Shown here: piece by piece, positions 18,985 to 29,729 of the stretch
Numbering within the stretch: position 1 is the first letter of the stretch
How the letters are laid out: the number at the start of each line of letters is the position of its first letter
Assembly (NCBI GenBank): GCA_965209055.1
Contig: OZ242374.1
Coordinates: 5,920,001 to 5,984,000, forward strand
Length of the DNA stretch: 64,000 nucleotides
Direction of reading: 5' to 3'
DNA from: Acidobacteriota bacterium
GTDB taxonomy: Bacteria; Acidobacteriota; UBA6911; RPQK01; JAJDTT01
Notes under the pieces: model-generated
Seen by the model: the letters and a program-made list of their open reading frames with translations, nothing else
Database searches by the model: none
Told to the model about the DNA's origin: nothing
Position numbers and translations under genes: made by a program

Positions 18985-19344
18985 TCAGAAGAGTCGACCG
19001 GACTCCTTGAGTTCCTGACAGCGGACGCAGAGAAGCGCCCAGGGCACAGCCTCCAGCCGCCGGCGCCCCACGGTTTCGCCACAGTGGGTGCACTCACCAT
19101 AAGAGCCGTCCTGGATTCGATCCAGGGCCTCCTCAACCAGGATGATCACTTGCCGTTCCAGGTTGCTGAGGCTGAACATGAACTCCTTGGTGTAGGACTT
19201 GGTGGCTCGATCCGCCATGTCCATGGCCTCGGCTTCGCTGTCCATCTCCCGGCCGTAACTCTCGGTCTTGTGGACGACGTCGATGAGTTCGGTCTTTTTT
19301 TCCAGGAGCTGATTCTTGAAGTAGTCCAGGTCGCTATGTGTCAT
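18985..19344 (-). CDS. dksA: DksA/TraR C4 zinc-finger transcription factor
   Basis: DMADRA coiled-coil tip; CTHC...RRLEAVPWALLCVRCQ. Confidence 0.85.
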   Translation of the reverse strand: MTHSDLDYFKNQLLEKKTELIDVVHKTESYGREMDSEAEAMDMADRATKSYTKEFMFSLSNLERQVIILVEEALDRIQDGSYGECTHCGETVGRRRLEAVPWALLCVRCQELKESGRLF

Positions 19345-19454
19345 GCCCTACCTCCACTACTTTGTGTATCTCAATATACGACAGGCTCCGAAAAAGGTTC
19401 ATGTTCCGGCATGGTGGTTGCGGCCGGGCGCTGAGAACGCCCGAAATCCGGGGA

Positions 19455-19811
19455 TCAGGACTGCGGAGTGGGCGCCAGCAGCCGGCCGTCGCTCCACAGT
19501 TTCTCCAATTGGTAGAAGGCTCGCGCACGCAGCGAAAAGATGTGCACCACAAAGTCCAGATAGTCCAGGAGAATCCACTCGCCTCCTTCGTACCCCTCGA
19601 TATGAGTGGGCCTGACCTTCTCCTGGTTCCGCAGGCGATGCCGGATCTCGTCGCAGATCGCCTGAGTCTGTCGCTGGTTGTTCCCCTGGCAGATGACGAA
19701 GAAGTCGGTGAAGGACGAGATCTCGGAGATGTCCACGACCCGGACGTCCTCTCCCTTCTTTTCTTGAATCGACTCACAGACCAGGGTCAGCAATTCTCTT
19801 GTTGTCTTCAT
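19455..19811 (-). CDS. rsfS: Ribosome silencing factor
   Basis: EKKGEDV, TDFFVIC, EWILLDYLDFVVHIF, FYQLEKLW; ATG 19811. Confidence 0.95.
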   Translation of the reverse strand: MKTTRELLTLVCESIQEKKGEDVRVVDISEISSFTDFFVICQGNNQRQTQAICDEIRHRLRNQEKVRPTHIEGYEGGEWILLDYLDFVVHIFSLRARAFYQLEKLWSDGRLLAPTPQS

Positions 19812-20436
19812 AGAGGTGGTACTTCCGAATGTACTGCAAAACCTTGGGAGAAACCTGCTGGGACAGCAGGCGGCCCCGTCCGGCGAGGCTCTCCCGGACT
19901 TGGCTCGAACTGAGATCGTCAGCCCCGACGTCCAACAGGAAGGAGTGCCCTGGCCGGATCTCCGGACTTGTGGAACTCCTTGCCGTGACCTCCTCCAGGT
20001 GGATTTCCGGAAAGTCGGCGGTTTCGACCCGTGCTCCCACTCGCTGCACGAAGACACAGCAATTGTCCCGGAGAAGGATGTCGTGTTCCTTCCAGATGTG
20101 GATGTCCTTCAACGAATCGGTTCCACCGATGAAGCAAAACCGGTGGCGAGGGTAGCTCTCGCGCAAGAGCGCCATGGTCTGGACGGTGTAGCTGGGCCCG
20201 CGGCGCCGGAGCTCGAAGTCGGAAGCGTACAGATGGGGTTCCTCCAGGGTCTCCAGCGCGACCATGGCATGGCGGTGATGCTGAGCGGCCAGGCCGTTCC
20301 GCCGCTTGTGGGGAGGCAGGCGGGACACCATCAGCAGGACCCGGTCCAGCGAAAGCGCACGCCGGACCCGGTTGGCGATAGTCGTATGTGTTCGGTGAAC
20401 CGGGTCGAACGTGCCCCCGTAGATACCGACCCTCAA
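19774..20436 (-). CDS. nadD: Nicotinate-nucleotide adenylyltransferase
   Basis: GIYGGTFDPVHRTH, PPHK, PSYT, LSSSQVR. Confidence 0.95.
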   Translation of the reverse strand: MRVGIYGGTFDPVHRTHTTIANRVRRALSLDRVLLMVSRLPPHKRRNGLAAQHHRHAMVALETLEEPHLYASDFELRRRGPSYTVQTMALLRESYPRHRFCFIGGTDSLKDIHIWKEHDILLRDNCCVFVQRVGARVETADFPEIHLEEVTARSSTSPEIRPGHSFLLDVGADDLSSSQVRESLAGRGRLLSQQVSPKVLQYIRKYHLYEDNKRIADPGL

Positions 20437-21434
20437 CCCTTGACGACTCCCAAATGCTCTGCCAACAACCGCTTCAATTCCTGGATTCCGTCACCCCGGA
20501 CCGATGAGATCCGGCCAAAAGGCACACCTTCCCGGGAGCAGTGCTCCTGGAGCCTCCTCACCTTCTCCCGGTTGGCGGCATCCATCTTTGAAGCCGCCAC
20601 CACCTGTGGCTTGGCCGGCAGATCGGCTCCGTAGAGCGCCAACTCCGCTTGAATCGTCCGCACTGCGGCGACGGGATCCTCCGGACCGAAGTCGGTGACG
20701 TCCACAAGATGAAGCAGGACGCGGCAACGTTCGATGTGCCTCAGGAACTGGTCGCCGAGACCGTGACCCTCGTGGGCGCCTTTGATCAGGCCCGGGATGT
20801 CGGCGACCACGCAGGTCCGAAAATCCTCCAGTGAAACCGTTCCCAGATTGGGCGTCAGAGTGGTGAAGGGATAGTCGGCGATCTTGGGGCGAGCCGAGGA
20901 GATCACCGAAATCAGAGTCGATTTCCCGGCGTTGGGGAGTCCGATCAGCCCGACGTCGGCCAGTACCTTGAGCTCCAGCAGAAGGTGCTTCTCCTCTCCC
21001 TCCCTGCCGGGTTCCCACCTCCTGGGGGCTTGATTGGTGGAAGTGGCGAAACGCGCATTGCCCCGGCCACCCCGGCCGCCTTGGGCCACCAGCCGGCTCA
21101 GACCCGGTTCGTCCAGATCGAAAAGGAGTTCGCGCGTCGGCTCGAGATAGATCAGAGTGCCGACGGGGAGATCGATGACCAGGTCCTTGCCCTTCTTCCC
21201 ATGCCGCTGGGAGCCGGACCCGTGAGAGCCTCTGCCGGCTTTGAACTCCCGCTTGTAGCGGAACGGCAGCAGGGTGTTCAGATGGTTGGTGCTGCGGAAG
21301 TAGACGTTTCCCCCATCCCCTCCGTCGCCGCCGCTGGGGCCTCCCCGGGGAACGAACTTCTCCCGGCGGAACGCCAGGCAACCGTTTCCCCCGTCGCCGG
21401 CTTTGACGAAAACTCTGGTGTGGTCAAGAAACAT
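20433..21434 (-). CDS. obgE: GTPase ObgE
   Basis: Gly-rich Obg fold, GLPNAGKST, YPFTT, DIPG. Confidence 0.98.
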   Translation of the reverse strand: MFLDHTRVFVKAGDGGNGCLAFRREKFVPRGGPSGGDGGDGGNVYFRSTNHLNTLLPFRYKREFKAGRGSHGSGSQRHGKKGKDLVIDLPVGTLIYLEPTRELLFDLDEPGLSRLVAQGGRGGRGNARFATSTNQAPRRWEPGREGEEKHLLLELKVLADVGLIGLPNAGKSTLISVISSARPKIADYPFTTLTPNLGTVSLEDFRTCVVADIPGLIKGAHEGHGLGDQFLRHIERCRVLLHLVDVTDFGPEDPVAAVRTIQAELALYGADLPAKPQVVAASKMDAANREKVRRLQEHCSREGVPFGRISSVRGDGIQELKRLLAEHLGVVKG

Positions 21435-21481
21435 GCACGCAAAGTGGAGATCCTGGGGTCCGATCTCCGGAATTCTGCGGG

Positions 21482-21733
21482 CTAGCTGAGAATGTGGACG
21501 AACCGCCCCAAACGTCCCCGGCGCTGAAACCGGACTTTCCCCGTAGTGAGGGCGAAAAGGGTGTCATCGCGGCCCCGGCCCACATTGTTCCCGGGCTTGA
21601 TGGGCGTCCCTCTCTGGCGGACCAGAATCGAGCCGGCCGTTACCAACTGGCCGTCGAATCGCTTGACTCCGAGACGCTTGGAATGGCTGTCCCGGCCGTT
21701 TCGAGAGCTGCCCAAACCCTTCTTGTGTGCCAT
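21482..21733 (-). CDS. rpmA: 50S ribosomal protein L27
   Basis: [16 protein letters not shown]. Confidence 0.99.
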   Translation of the reverse strand: MAHKKGLGSSRNGRDSHSKRLGVKRFDGQLVTAGSILVRQRGTPIKPGNNVGRGRDDTLFALTTGKVRFQRRGRLGRFVHILS

Positions 21734-21738
21734 GGCAT

Positions 21739-22074
21739 CTACTCCTGGTCCGTGCCCTCTCCCGCGATCCGAATCGGCCCGATCTCCACTTCGGTGAAGC
21801 GCTGGCGATGACCTTGCTTGCGTCGATACATCTTGCGGCGTTTGAACTTGAAGACCGTGATCTTACGGTCCTTGCCCTGCTCGACGATGGTCCCGGTGAC
21901 GCGGACGTCATTCAGAGACGGGGCGCCGACCTGGATTGAATCGGGATGGCCGACCAACAACACGTCCTCCAGACTGACCTCATCGCCCACTTTTCCGGCG
22001 ATGCGCTCCAGCCGGACCCGGTCCCCTTCGGCGACTCGATATTGTTTCCCGCCGTTGCGAATGATTGCGTACAA
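21739..22074 (-). CDS. rplU: 50S ribosomal protein L21
   Basis: [26 protein letters not shown]. Confidence 0.99.
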   Translation of the reverse strand: MYAIIRNGGKQYRVAEGDRVRLERIAGKVGDEVSLEDVLLVGHPDSIQVGAPSLNDVRVTGTIVEQGKDRKITVFKFKRRKMYRRKQGHRQRFTEVEIGPIRIAGEGTDQE

Positions 22075-22111
22075 ACCGATTCTCCCGAATCCACGTTTTC
22101 AGAAGGTGCAT

Positions 22112-22140
22112 AGTATATTTGCGAACCCCGATCCTGTCAA
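22112..22140 (-). promoter_or_regulatory. Sigma70 promoter TTGACA-N17-TATACT for rplU operon
   Basis: Near-consensus hexamers with 17-nt spacing. Confidence 0.8.
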
Positions 22141-22210
22141 AAATCCAGCCCCCGCGGGGTGCCCCGCCGGCAGCGGCCGGTGGCGGTTTTTCACGCCCGT
22201 GTCACGTGGA

Positions 22211-23662
22211 TCACATCTTCCAGAAGGGCCGAGTGAAAAGTACCAGGAGCGTGTAGAACTCGAGGCGGCCTGCCAGCATGCAGATGCTCAGGACCCACTT
22301 CGCCGCCGCCGGCAGGTCCCCATAGTGTTCGGCGGGGCCGACCTGCCCCAATCCGGGGCCAATGTTGAACATGCAGGCCGCCACCGCGGAGATGGCGGTG
22401 AGCACGTCCATCCCCAGGGCGGTCAGACACAGGCAGGCCGCGAAGTTGACCAGGAACGCCAGATAGACCAGGTTGAGCAGACTCTGGATCGTCTTCTCCG
22501 GGATCGCTCTCCCGCCGAAACGAACGGCAAAGACGCCGTGAGGCTCCACCAACCGGTGAAACTCGCGGCCCACGACCCGGAACAGGAGCCCGATGCGGGC
22601 CACCTTCATGCCTCCCGCCGTCGAGCCGGTGCACCCGCCCACGAACATCAGAACCAAGAGCAGGAGCTGTCCGAAGGAACTCCACCCCTCAAAATCGGCC
22701 GTCGAGAATCCGGTGGTCGTCAGAATGGAGACGACTTGGAAGGACGCCAGTCTCAGGGACTCTCCCGGAGAAATCTCCGAAGCCTGAACCAGGGTTGCCG
22801 TCATGGCCGCCGTCATGACTCCGATGACGATCAGATAGAGGCGCAGTTCCACGTCTCCCCAGAAAGTGGAGGCGCTGCGCTCCACCAGCAGGCGGTAGTG
22901 CCGGGTGAAGTTGATGCCCGCCAGGACCATGAAGAGCAGAATGACGATTTCCAACGCAGGATTCGCGAAGGCTCCGATGCTTTCGTTGCGAGTGGAAAAT
23001 CCGCCCGTGGCCAGTGTCGAAAAAGCGTGGCACAGAGCGTCGAATTTCCCCATTCCGGCAAACCTCAGAGCCGCATAGCAGGCCAGCGTGAATGCGATGT
23101 AGATCTTCCATAGCGCCAACGCGGTCTCGGCGATCCGGGGCCTCAGCCGTTCCGAACGGGCTCCCGAGAACTCGGCCCGGTAGAGCTCGCGGCCGCCGGC
23201 CCCGACCAGGGGAAGAATGGCGATACCCAGCAGGATGATGCCCATGCCGCCCAGCCAATGGGTCAACGAGCGCCAGAGCAGGAGGCTGGCCGGAAGGGCC
23301 TCCACGTCCGCCAGGACCGTGGCCCCCGTGGTGGAGAAACCGGAGACCGACTCGAAGACCGAATCGGTGAAACTGGGGACATGGGAAGAAAAATAAAAAG
23401 GGAGAGCCCCCAAAAGAGCGGCAATCAGCCATGTGGCCACGACCAGGAGCAAACCCTCGCGGCGGCTCAACGCACGCACGCCGAGCCGAAATACGAGGAT
23501 CAACAGCACACCGGAGATCACGCCGACCGCCAGCGAGACCGCCAACGGGACCAGACCCTCGTCTCCGTTGGCCAGTGCAAAGCCAACGCACGCCAACAGG
23601 GCTGCGGAAAGGCCCAGGGTGAAGAACCCCAAGAGGTTCAGGAGGTTGGACCAGCGAATCAA
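22211..23662 (-). CDS. trkH: Trk potassium uptake membrane protein
   Basis: FESVSGFSTTGAT, STLATGGFS, GGCTGSTAGGMK, NIGPGLG, GRLEF. Confidence 0.96.
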   Translation of the reverse strand: MIRWSNLLNLLGFFTLGLSAALLACVGFALANGDEGLVPLAVSLAVGVISGVLLILVFRLGVRALSRREGLLLVVATWLIAALLGALPFYFSSHVPSFTDSVFESVSGFSTTGATVLADVEALPASLLLWRSLTHWLGGMGIILLGIAILPLVGAGGRELYRAEFSGARSERLRPRIAETALALWKIYIAFTLACYAALRFAGMGKFDALCHAFSTLATGGFSTRNESIGAFANPALEIVILLFMVLAGINFTRHYRLLVERSASTFWGDVELRLYLIVIGVMTAAMTATLVQASEISPGESLRLASFQVVSILTTTGFSTADFEGWSSFGQLLLLVLMFVGGCTGSTAGGMKVARIGLLFRVVGREFHRLVEPHGVFAVRFGGRAIPEKTIQSLLNLVYLAFLVNFAACLCLTALGMDVLTAISAVAACMFNIGPGLGQVGPAEHYGDLPAAAKWVLSICMLAGRLEFYTLLVLFTRPFWKM

Positions 23663-25026
23663 CGTTTGTCTTCCCGCAGGAAAGCAGACTCCAGGTAGGG
23701 CACCAGGCTCTCCAGGCAGAAGAAGATCACACGGTCACCGGCCTGGATGACGGCGTCTCCCCTCGGGACCAGGACTTCTCCGGAGGGCCTGCTGACGGCG
23801 CCCACCACGGTCCCGGCAGGCAGGCGGATCTCGCGCAGGCTTCTTCCCACAAATCTGGAGCCTGGCGTCGCCAGCAGCTCGATGGCTTCCGCCTCTTCCT
23901 CGCGAAGAGTCGTGACCGAAAGGACGTGGCCCGAGCGAACGAACTGGAGGATCCGGTCCACGGCGGCGACGCGGGTACTGAAACTGGAGTTGATGCCCAG
24001 ACGCTGGGCCATGGGGAGAAACTCCAGACGATTGACCAGTGCGACCGTCTTGCGGGCCCCCAGCCTCTTGGAAAGGAGGGAGGCGATGATGTTGACCTCG
24101 GATTCGGCGGTGAGGGCAAGGTAGGCATCGACATGCTCGACGGCGTGCTCCGTCAGGACCCTCTCGTCGGTCCCGTCCCCATGAACGACGACCGTGCTTT
24201 CGACCAGCGTCGAGAGCTTCCGGCATTGCTCCTGATCCCTCTCGAAGAGCTTGACCCGGACTCCCCGCCGCTCCAGCCGGCGGGCCGCTTCGATCCCCAG
24301 TTGCCGGCCGCCCACGATGAAGACCCGCTCCACCTTCTTCGGAAGCTGGACTCCCATGAACCGGAAGACCGATTCCGTCTCGGCGGCCGGACACACGATG
24401 TAGACGTGGTCTCCCGCCTGGAGCCTGTCCCCTCCTCTCGGTATCAGGGTCCGGCGCCCCCGAAAAATGATCGCCATCAGCGAGTTCCTGGGCGGCGAAC
24501 TCCGATCCAGTGCCGCCATGCTCTTGCCCACGACCCAGTTGTCCGGTTCTATGTTCATCCCGAAGAGCCGCACCCGGCCTTCTGCGAATTCCAGCACGTC
24601 GGAGATGCCCGGCAGTCCGATCACGCGAAGAATGCGATCCGCCGTCTCGCGGTCGGGATTGATGACCAGATCCACCTTCAAGCCGGAGCTGTCGAAGACC
24701 TTCTTCCAGCCATCGACCTCGTGGCTCCGGAGGCGGGCCACCTTGATCCTGACGTTGGAGTGCCGTTCGGCGATCAGGCACCCGAGAACGTTGGCTTCGT
24801 CGCTGCTGGTAACGGCGATCAGCATTTCGGCTTCGCGGATGCCGGCCCGTTCCAGAACCCGGATGCTGCTGGCGCTGCCTTGAACGATCTTGGCGTCCAG
24901 ACTCTCTTCCAACAGCTCGCAGCAGTCCCGCCGCTGCTCGACGATGACGACCTCGTTTCCCTCCCGGACGAGACGGCGCGACACCATGGTGCCGACCGCT
25001 CCGCCGCCAAGCACGAGGATTCTCAT
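23659..25026 (-). CDS. trkA: Trk potassium uptake NAD-binding subunit
   Basis: Two RCK_N/RCK_C pairs; MRILVLGGGAVG start at 25026. Confidence 0.95.
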   Translation of the reverse strand: MRILVLGGGAVGTMVSRRLVREGNEVVIVEQRRDCCELLEESLDAKIVQGSASSIRVLERAGIREAEMLIAVTSSDEANVLGCLIAERHSNVRIKVARLRSHEVDGWKKVFDSSGLKVDLVINPDRETADRILRVIGLPGISDVLEFAEGRVRLFGMNIEPDNWVVGKSMAALDRSSPPRNSLMAIIFRGRRTLIPRGGDRLQAGDHVYIVCPAAETESVFRFMGVQLPKKVERVFIVGGRQLGIEAARRLERRGVRVKLFERDQEQCRKLSTLVESTVVVHGDGTDERVLTEHAVEHVDAYLALTAESEVNIIASLLSKRLGARKTVALVNRLEFLPMAQRLGINSSFSTRVAAVDRILQFVRSGHVLSVTTLREEEAEAIELLATPGSRFVGRSLREIRLPAGTVVGAVSRPSGEVLVPRGDAVIQAGDRVIFFCLESLVPYLESAFLREDKR

Positions 25027-25040
25027 TGGGTTCGGGGTAC

Positions 25041-25697
25041 TTACGGACTGGATCTGAGCAACTCGACGGAGGATCGAGGCCGGCCCAGCCAGCGAAACGA
25101 CGAGATCAACTGCTGAAAAACGGGAAGCGCCTTGGAAATCGATGCCTCGTCGCGAGCCGACAGGACGAAGATGACGAAGTAGTCCGGGACTTCGGTAAAG
25201 GCGACGACTTCCTGTTTGACTCCGGGGCAGGCGCACAACTTGGCCACGACTCTGGGCCGTTTGCGCGTCTCAGGATTCAACTCCAATTCCAGGCGCAGGT
25301 CACTGATCTCCAGCTTCGGACAGAGTACCTCCTGCCCGGCCAGTTCGGACTGCAGGAAATTCTCCAGGTCCTCGTCCTGATTCCTGGGAAAGAACCGGGA
25401 GAAGGCGACGACATCGGCCTCTCTCCACTGAGTCCCCTCCCGGTGCATGACGAAGTTGGCGACCTGAATCGCCGACCCCACGTCGATGGTCCAGCCCGAC
25501 GGTTCGGTCACCAGAAAGGAATAGTCCAGACCCCTGATGCGCAGCGTCCGTCCCCCTTCCAATGCGGGTACGCAACCGAGCAGGCACACGATGGAAACAC
25601 AGACCTTCGCCAAACGGTTCGAGAAAGAGGTGCGGGCCGGGACCGCCAGAGTCCGGGAAGCGGGTTGCGGATCGAGAGGGCCGGCAAACCGATTCAT
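25041..25697 (-). CDS. Hypothetical exported protein
   Basis: Signal-like hydrophobic segment; compact ORF co-oriented with trkA; start uncertain. Confidence 0.55.
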   Translation of the reverse strand: MNRFAGPLDPQPASRTLAVPARTSFSNRLAKVCVSIVCLLGCVPALEGGRTLRIRGLDYSFLVTEPSGWTIDVGSAIQVANFVMHREGTQWREADVVAFSRFFPRNQDEDLENFLQSELAGQEVLCPKLEISDLRLELELNPETRKRPRVVAKLCACPGVKQEVVAFTEVPDYFVIFVLSARDEASISKALPVFQQLISSFRWLGRPRSSVELLRSSP

Positions 25698-25884
25698 TCC
25701 GGCGCCAGTCTAGCAGGAACGGGAGGAGTGAGGCGCGTTGAGTTTGGCCTTCTCGTTGGCTATCCTATAGCCTCGATTCGGAAGGAGACACGGAGCGCAC
25801 TACCGGGCGGCGGATTCCCCAGGCTCGACCGTCTCGTGAGCGTCTCTTCAGATCAATACCCGTATCTGTCAAAAGGGTTTCATA

Positions 25885-27171
25885 ATGCCCGACGAGAGTC
25901 TGTCCATTACCGATAACCGGACCGGGAAGCAGTATGAGCTGGCTGTTTCGCACGGTACGATTCGCGCCATAGAGCTTCGTCAGATCAAGACGTCGGAGGA
26001 CGACTTCGGGCTCATGGCCTACGACCCCTCCTTCCTCAATACGGCATCCTGCCGGAGCACCATCACCTACATCGACGGAGACAAGGGCATCCTGCGCTAT
26101 CGCGGCTACCCCATAGAGCAACTCGTGGGAGAGTACAGCCACCTTGAGGTGGCGTACCTGCTCCTGTACGGGGAGCTTCCCAACGAAGCCGAGTTCCGGC
26201 AATGGAGTGACGATATCCGCCAGCAGATCGAGTTGCCGCAGGCCGTCCTGCAGTTGGTGCGGAGCTTCCCTCCCGGAGGATTTCCCATGGCCATGCTGGC
26301 GACGGCGGTGGCCTCTCTCTCCAATTTCTATCCTGACGGCCGTTCCGTGCTGGACCCCCAGGTGCGCTTGCTCCAGCTCCATCGGCTCCTGGCTCAGGTC
26401 CCGGCCCTGTCGGCCCAGGTCTTTCGCCGCCTCCAGGGCTTGCCGCTGACCGCTCCCGCGGACGGACTCTCTTATGCCGGAAGCTTTCTTCAGATGGCAT
26501 TCGACCGGACGCCGGAACCCGTGTTCGAGAAGGCGATGGACGCACTGTTCATCCTGCATGCCGACCACGAGCAGAACTGCAGCACCAGCGCCATGAGAGG
26601 CGTCGGCAGTTCCCAGTGCGACCCGTATCTGACGACCGCGGCCGCCATCGGGGCGTTGTCCGGTCCCCTGCATGGAGGAGCCAACGAAGCGGTCATCCGG
26701 ATGCTGGAGGGAATCGGGTCCAAGGACCGGGTGCCCGGACACGTGCAGAGGGTCAAGGGAGGCGAAATCCGCCTCATGGGCTTCGGGCACCGGATCTACA
26801 AGAACTACGATCCCAGGGCCAAGATCATCAAACAATTGGCCCACGAGGTCTTCGAAGTGACCGGGTCGGATCCTCTTCTGGACGTGGCTCTGGAACTGGA
26901 GCGGATCGCGCTGCAGGACGACTACTTCATCTCGCGGAAGCTCTATCCCAACGTCGACTTCTATTCCGGTTTGATCTACCAGGCACTCGGGTTCCCTCCT
27001 TCCATGTCCACCGTCCTGTTCGCGCTGGCCAGAACCGCCGGCTGGCTGACTCAATGGGAGGAGTTGGCGCGGGATCGGGAACAGAAGATCGCCCGGCCGC
27101 GGCAGATCTACGAGGGTCCTTCGGTGAGGGACGTCCCGGTCCGGAGATCCTCGCCGGTCGCATCTTCTTGA
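25885..27171 (+). CDS. gltA: Citrate synthase
   Basis: GILRYRGYPIE, HADHEQNCST, GPLHGGAN, GFGHRIYKNYDPR, YPNVDFYSG. Confidence 0.97.
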   Translation: MPDESLSITDNRTGKQYELAVSHGTIRAIELRQIKTSEDDFGLMAYDPSFLNTASCRSTITYIDGDKGILRYRGYPIEQLVGEYSHLEVAYLLLYGELPNEAEFRQWSDDIRQQIELPQAVLQLVRSFPPGGFPMAMLATAVASLSNFYPDGRSVLDPQVRLLQLHRLLAQVPALSAQVFRRLQGLPLTAPADGLSYAGSFLQMAFDRTPEPVFEKAMDALFILHADHEQNCSTSAMRGVGSSQCDPYLTTAAAIGALSGPLHGGANEAVIRMLEGIGSKDRVPGHVQRVKGGEIRLMGFGHRIYKNYDPRAKIIKQLAHEVFEVTGSDPLLDVALELERIALQDDYFISRKLYPNVDFYSGLIYQALGFPPSMSTVLFALARTAGWLTQWEELARDREQKIARPRQIYEGPSVRDVPVRRSSPVASS

Positions 27172-27199
27172 CTCCGGGCAGTTGCGGTATAATCGCACA

Positions 27200-27427
27200 A
27201 TGCCGATTTATGAATACCGCTGTCTGGATTGCGAGACTCATTTCGAACAGATCGTCCTGGGCACCCAAAACGATGCCGAGTGTCCCAGTTGCAGTGGAGA
27301 ACGCTTCGAGCAGCTCTTCTCCTCATTCGCAGTCGGCGGCGGCTCCATGGAATCCGCCCTCAAGGAGAACGGCCCTTGCGGCTGCGGAGCGCCCCAGCGG
27401 GGAATGTGCGGGCAACTCGCCAACTAG
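27200..27427 (+). CDS. FmdB-family zinc-ribbon protein
   Basis: MPIYEYRCLDC...CPSC; TATAAT ends 6 nt before ATG (probably leaderless). Confidence 0.85.
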   Translation: MPIYEYRCLDCETHFEQIVLGTQNDAECPSCSGERFEQLFSSFAVGGGSMESALKENGPCGCGAPQRGMCGQLAN

Positions 27428-27452
27428 CTGATCGTCCGGACGGCAGCGAAAG

Positions 27453-28520
27453 ATGCAACAAACGACCATAGAAACCTACAAGGACCGGCTGGAGTCGATC
27501 AGCAGGTCCCTGCGGCCGCATCCCGATCAGCATCTGGAGTTTCTGGGCAAGAAGGACATCATCGAGCGGATTCTGTATCTGCGGGACGTCAAGAACGTCC
27601 TGATCCTGGGCCACAACTACATGGAGCCGCTGGTCTTCCATCTGTCCGGCGAAGGCGAGAGAGGCGATTCGTTGGCGCTGAGCCGCTACGCCGCCAAGTC
27701 GGACAAGCCCATCATCCTCTTCGACGGCGTCCTCTTCATGGCGGAGACGGCCAAGATTCTGAATCCGGAAAAGAAGGTGCTGATCGCCGACCTGAATGCG
27801 GGCTGCAGCCTGGCGGACCCCTTTTCGGCTGAGGACGTGAGGTTCTATCGGCAGCGTTATCCGCAAGCCCCGGTGGTCACCTACATCAACAGCTACGCCG
27901 AGATCAAGGCCGAATCGGACTACTGCTGCACCTCCGCGAACGGGCTCAAGGTCATCGAGCATGCGGCCCGGGAATACGGCACGGACCACGTGGTCTTTCT
28001 CCCCGATTCCCTGATGGGGGAGAACCTGCAACAGGAGCTGGTCAAGAGGGGATCCGACCTGGACCTGATCTACCCGGGCAAGTATGACGCCAACTTCGGC
28101 CGCTGCGAGGTCCACGAGAAGTTCACCGCCAGCCACATTCGGGACATCCGGAAACAGTACGACATTCCCAGGGGAGGGCGCGACGCCGCGGTCCTGGTGC
28201 ACTGGGAGTGCCTGCCCGAAGTCCTGGAAGAGGCCGACTTCTACGGCAGCACCTCCCAGATGGCCGGTTACGTCAAGAACCACGCCGAGCTGCGCCGAGT
28301 CTACATGGCCACCGAGTGCGAGATGGCGGCGAATCTGGCCACCGAATTCCCCCAGGTGGAGTTCGTCAGAACCTGCAACGTCTTCTGCCGCCACATGCGC
28401 AGAATCAGTCTCGAGAAGATCCTTCACAGCCTGGAGCATGAGGTCTACGAAGTGGAGGTCCCGGAGCCGATCCGCCGGGCCTCCCTGGGAGCCATCCAGC
28501 GAATGCTGAGTATCGGCTGA
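27453..28520 (+). CDS. nadA: Quinolinate synthase
   Basis: GHNY, GDSLAL, FMAETAKILNP, three Fe-S Cys (AGCSLA, RCEVH, FCRHM). Confidence 0.95.
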   Translation: MQQTTIETYKDRLESISRSLRPHPDQHLEFLGKKDIIERILYLRDVKNVLILGHNYMEPLVFHLSGEGERGDSLALSRYAAKSDKPIILFDGVLFMAETAKILNPEKKVLIADLNAGCSLADPFSAEDVRFYRQRYPQAPVVTYINSYAEIKAESDYCCTSANGLKVIEHAAREYGTDHVVFLPDSLMGENLQQELVKRGSDLDLIYPGKYDANFGRCEVHEKFTASHIRDIRKQYDIPRGGRDAAVLVHWECLPEVLEEADFYGSTSQMAGYVKNHAELRRVYMATECEMAANLATEFPQVEFVRTCNVFCRHMRRISLEKILHSLEHEVYEVEVPEPIRRASLGAIQRMLSIG

Positions 28521-28578
28521 TTCGGAATCCGGGACGGGATCGGCCGGAACACCACTGGGCTGCTGCAGAGAATAGACC

Positions 28579-29673
28579 ATGAAGCTGGATGGGCTGGACA
28601 CACCTTCGGTCCTGGTCGACGTGGATATCATGACCGCGAACCTGGACCGGCTGGCCCGCTACTGCCGGGATCACGGCCTCAATCTCCGGCCCCACGTCAA
28701 GACCCACAAGATTCCCGAGCTGGCTCGGCTCCAGGTCAAGAAGGGCGCCGTCGGCGTCACCGTGGCCAAGCTGGGAGAGGCCGAGGTCATGGCGGACGGC
28801 GGGGTCGAGGACATCCTGCTGGCCTATCCGGTTTACGGAGAGATCAAGTGGAAGCGGCTGGCCGCACTGGCCCGCCGGACCCGTATCTCGGTGGCGTTGG
28901 ATTCGCTGGAGGTGGCCCAGGGCATCTCGAAGTACGCCCGGGAGGCCGGGGTCCGGATTCCGATACTGGCGGAGTTCGACACCGGGATCGGGCGTTGCGG
29001 CTTGAACATAGCCCGGGAGTCCATCGGCGTGCTGGAGCGGATCGCTGAGCTGCCGGCTCTGGATTATGAGGGGCTGCTGATCTATCCCGGTCATTTCCTG
29101 CTGAACTGGGAACGGCGCAATCAGCTCCTGGAATTGGAAAACCAGCAGTTGTCCCAGCTTCTGAGCCTTCTGGACGATGCGGGAATTCCTTACCCGGTCA
29201 TCAGCGCCAGCTCGACCCCCACGGCCTACTTTTCGCACCGGTTCGAGAGCATCACCGAGGTTCGTCCGGGTACCTACATCTTCAATGACCGGAACACCGT
29301 TGGTTGCCAGGCGGCCGGTCTGGAACACTGTGCCGTGAGTGTCGTGACCACCGTCGTGAGCACCAGCGTTCCAGGGAAGGCGGTCATTGACGGGGGCAGC
29401 AAGACCTTCGCCAATGACAGATATCTCTCCGGCGACGGCGTGGGATTCGGCCATCTGATAGGAGATCCGGGTACGGTCGTGGAATATCTCTCCGAGGAAC
29501 ACGGGCATCTGGATCTGGCCAATGCCTCCCGGCAGTACCGCGTCGGGGACCGGGTTCGAGTCATCCCCAATCATGTTTGCCCCTGTGTGAACATGCACGA
29601 CCGCATCTACGGGGTCCGGGACGACGAGGTGGTGACCGAATGGCGGGTGACAGCCCGGGGCACCGTGCAGTGA
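28579..29673 (+). CDS. D-threonine aldolase / D-serine deaminase (DSD1)-like PLP enzyme
   Basis: LDTPSVLVD, RPHVKTHK, EVRPGTYIFND, LSEEHG, PNHVC. Confidence 0.88.
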   Translation: MKLDGLDTPSVLVDVDIMTANLDRLARYCRDHGLNLRPHVKTHKIPELARLQVKKGAVGVTVAKLGEAEVMADGGVEDILLAYPVYGEIKWKRLAALARRTRISVALDSLEVAQGISKYAREAGVRIPILAEFDTGIGRCGLNIARESIGVLERIAELPALDYEGLLIYPGHFLLNWERRNQLLELENQQLSQLLSLLDDAGIPYPVISASSTPTAYFSHRFESITEVRPGTYIFNDRNTVGCQAAGLEHCAVSVVTTVVSTSVPGKAVIDGGSKTFANDRYLSGDGVGFGHLIGDPGTVVEYLSEEHGHLDLANASRQYRVGDRVRVIPNHVCPCVNMHDRIYGVRDDEVVTEWRVTARGTVQ

Positions 29674-29729
29674 CCCGAACCGGACCGGGACACCGCCTGA
29701 CGCACCGGCGGTGAGGAGATTCGAGCATC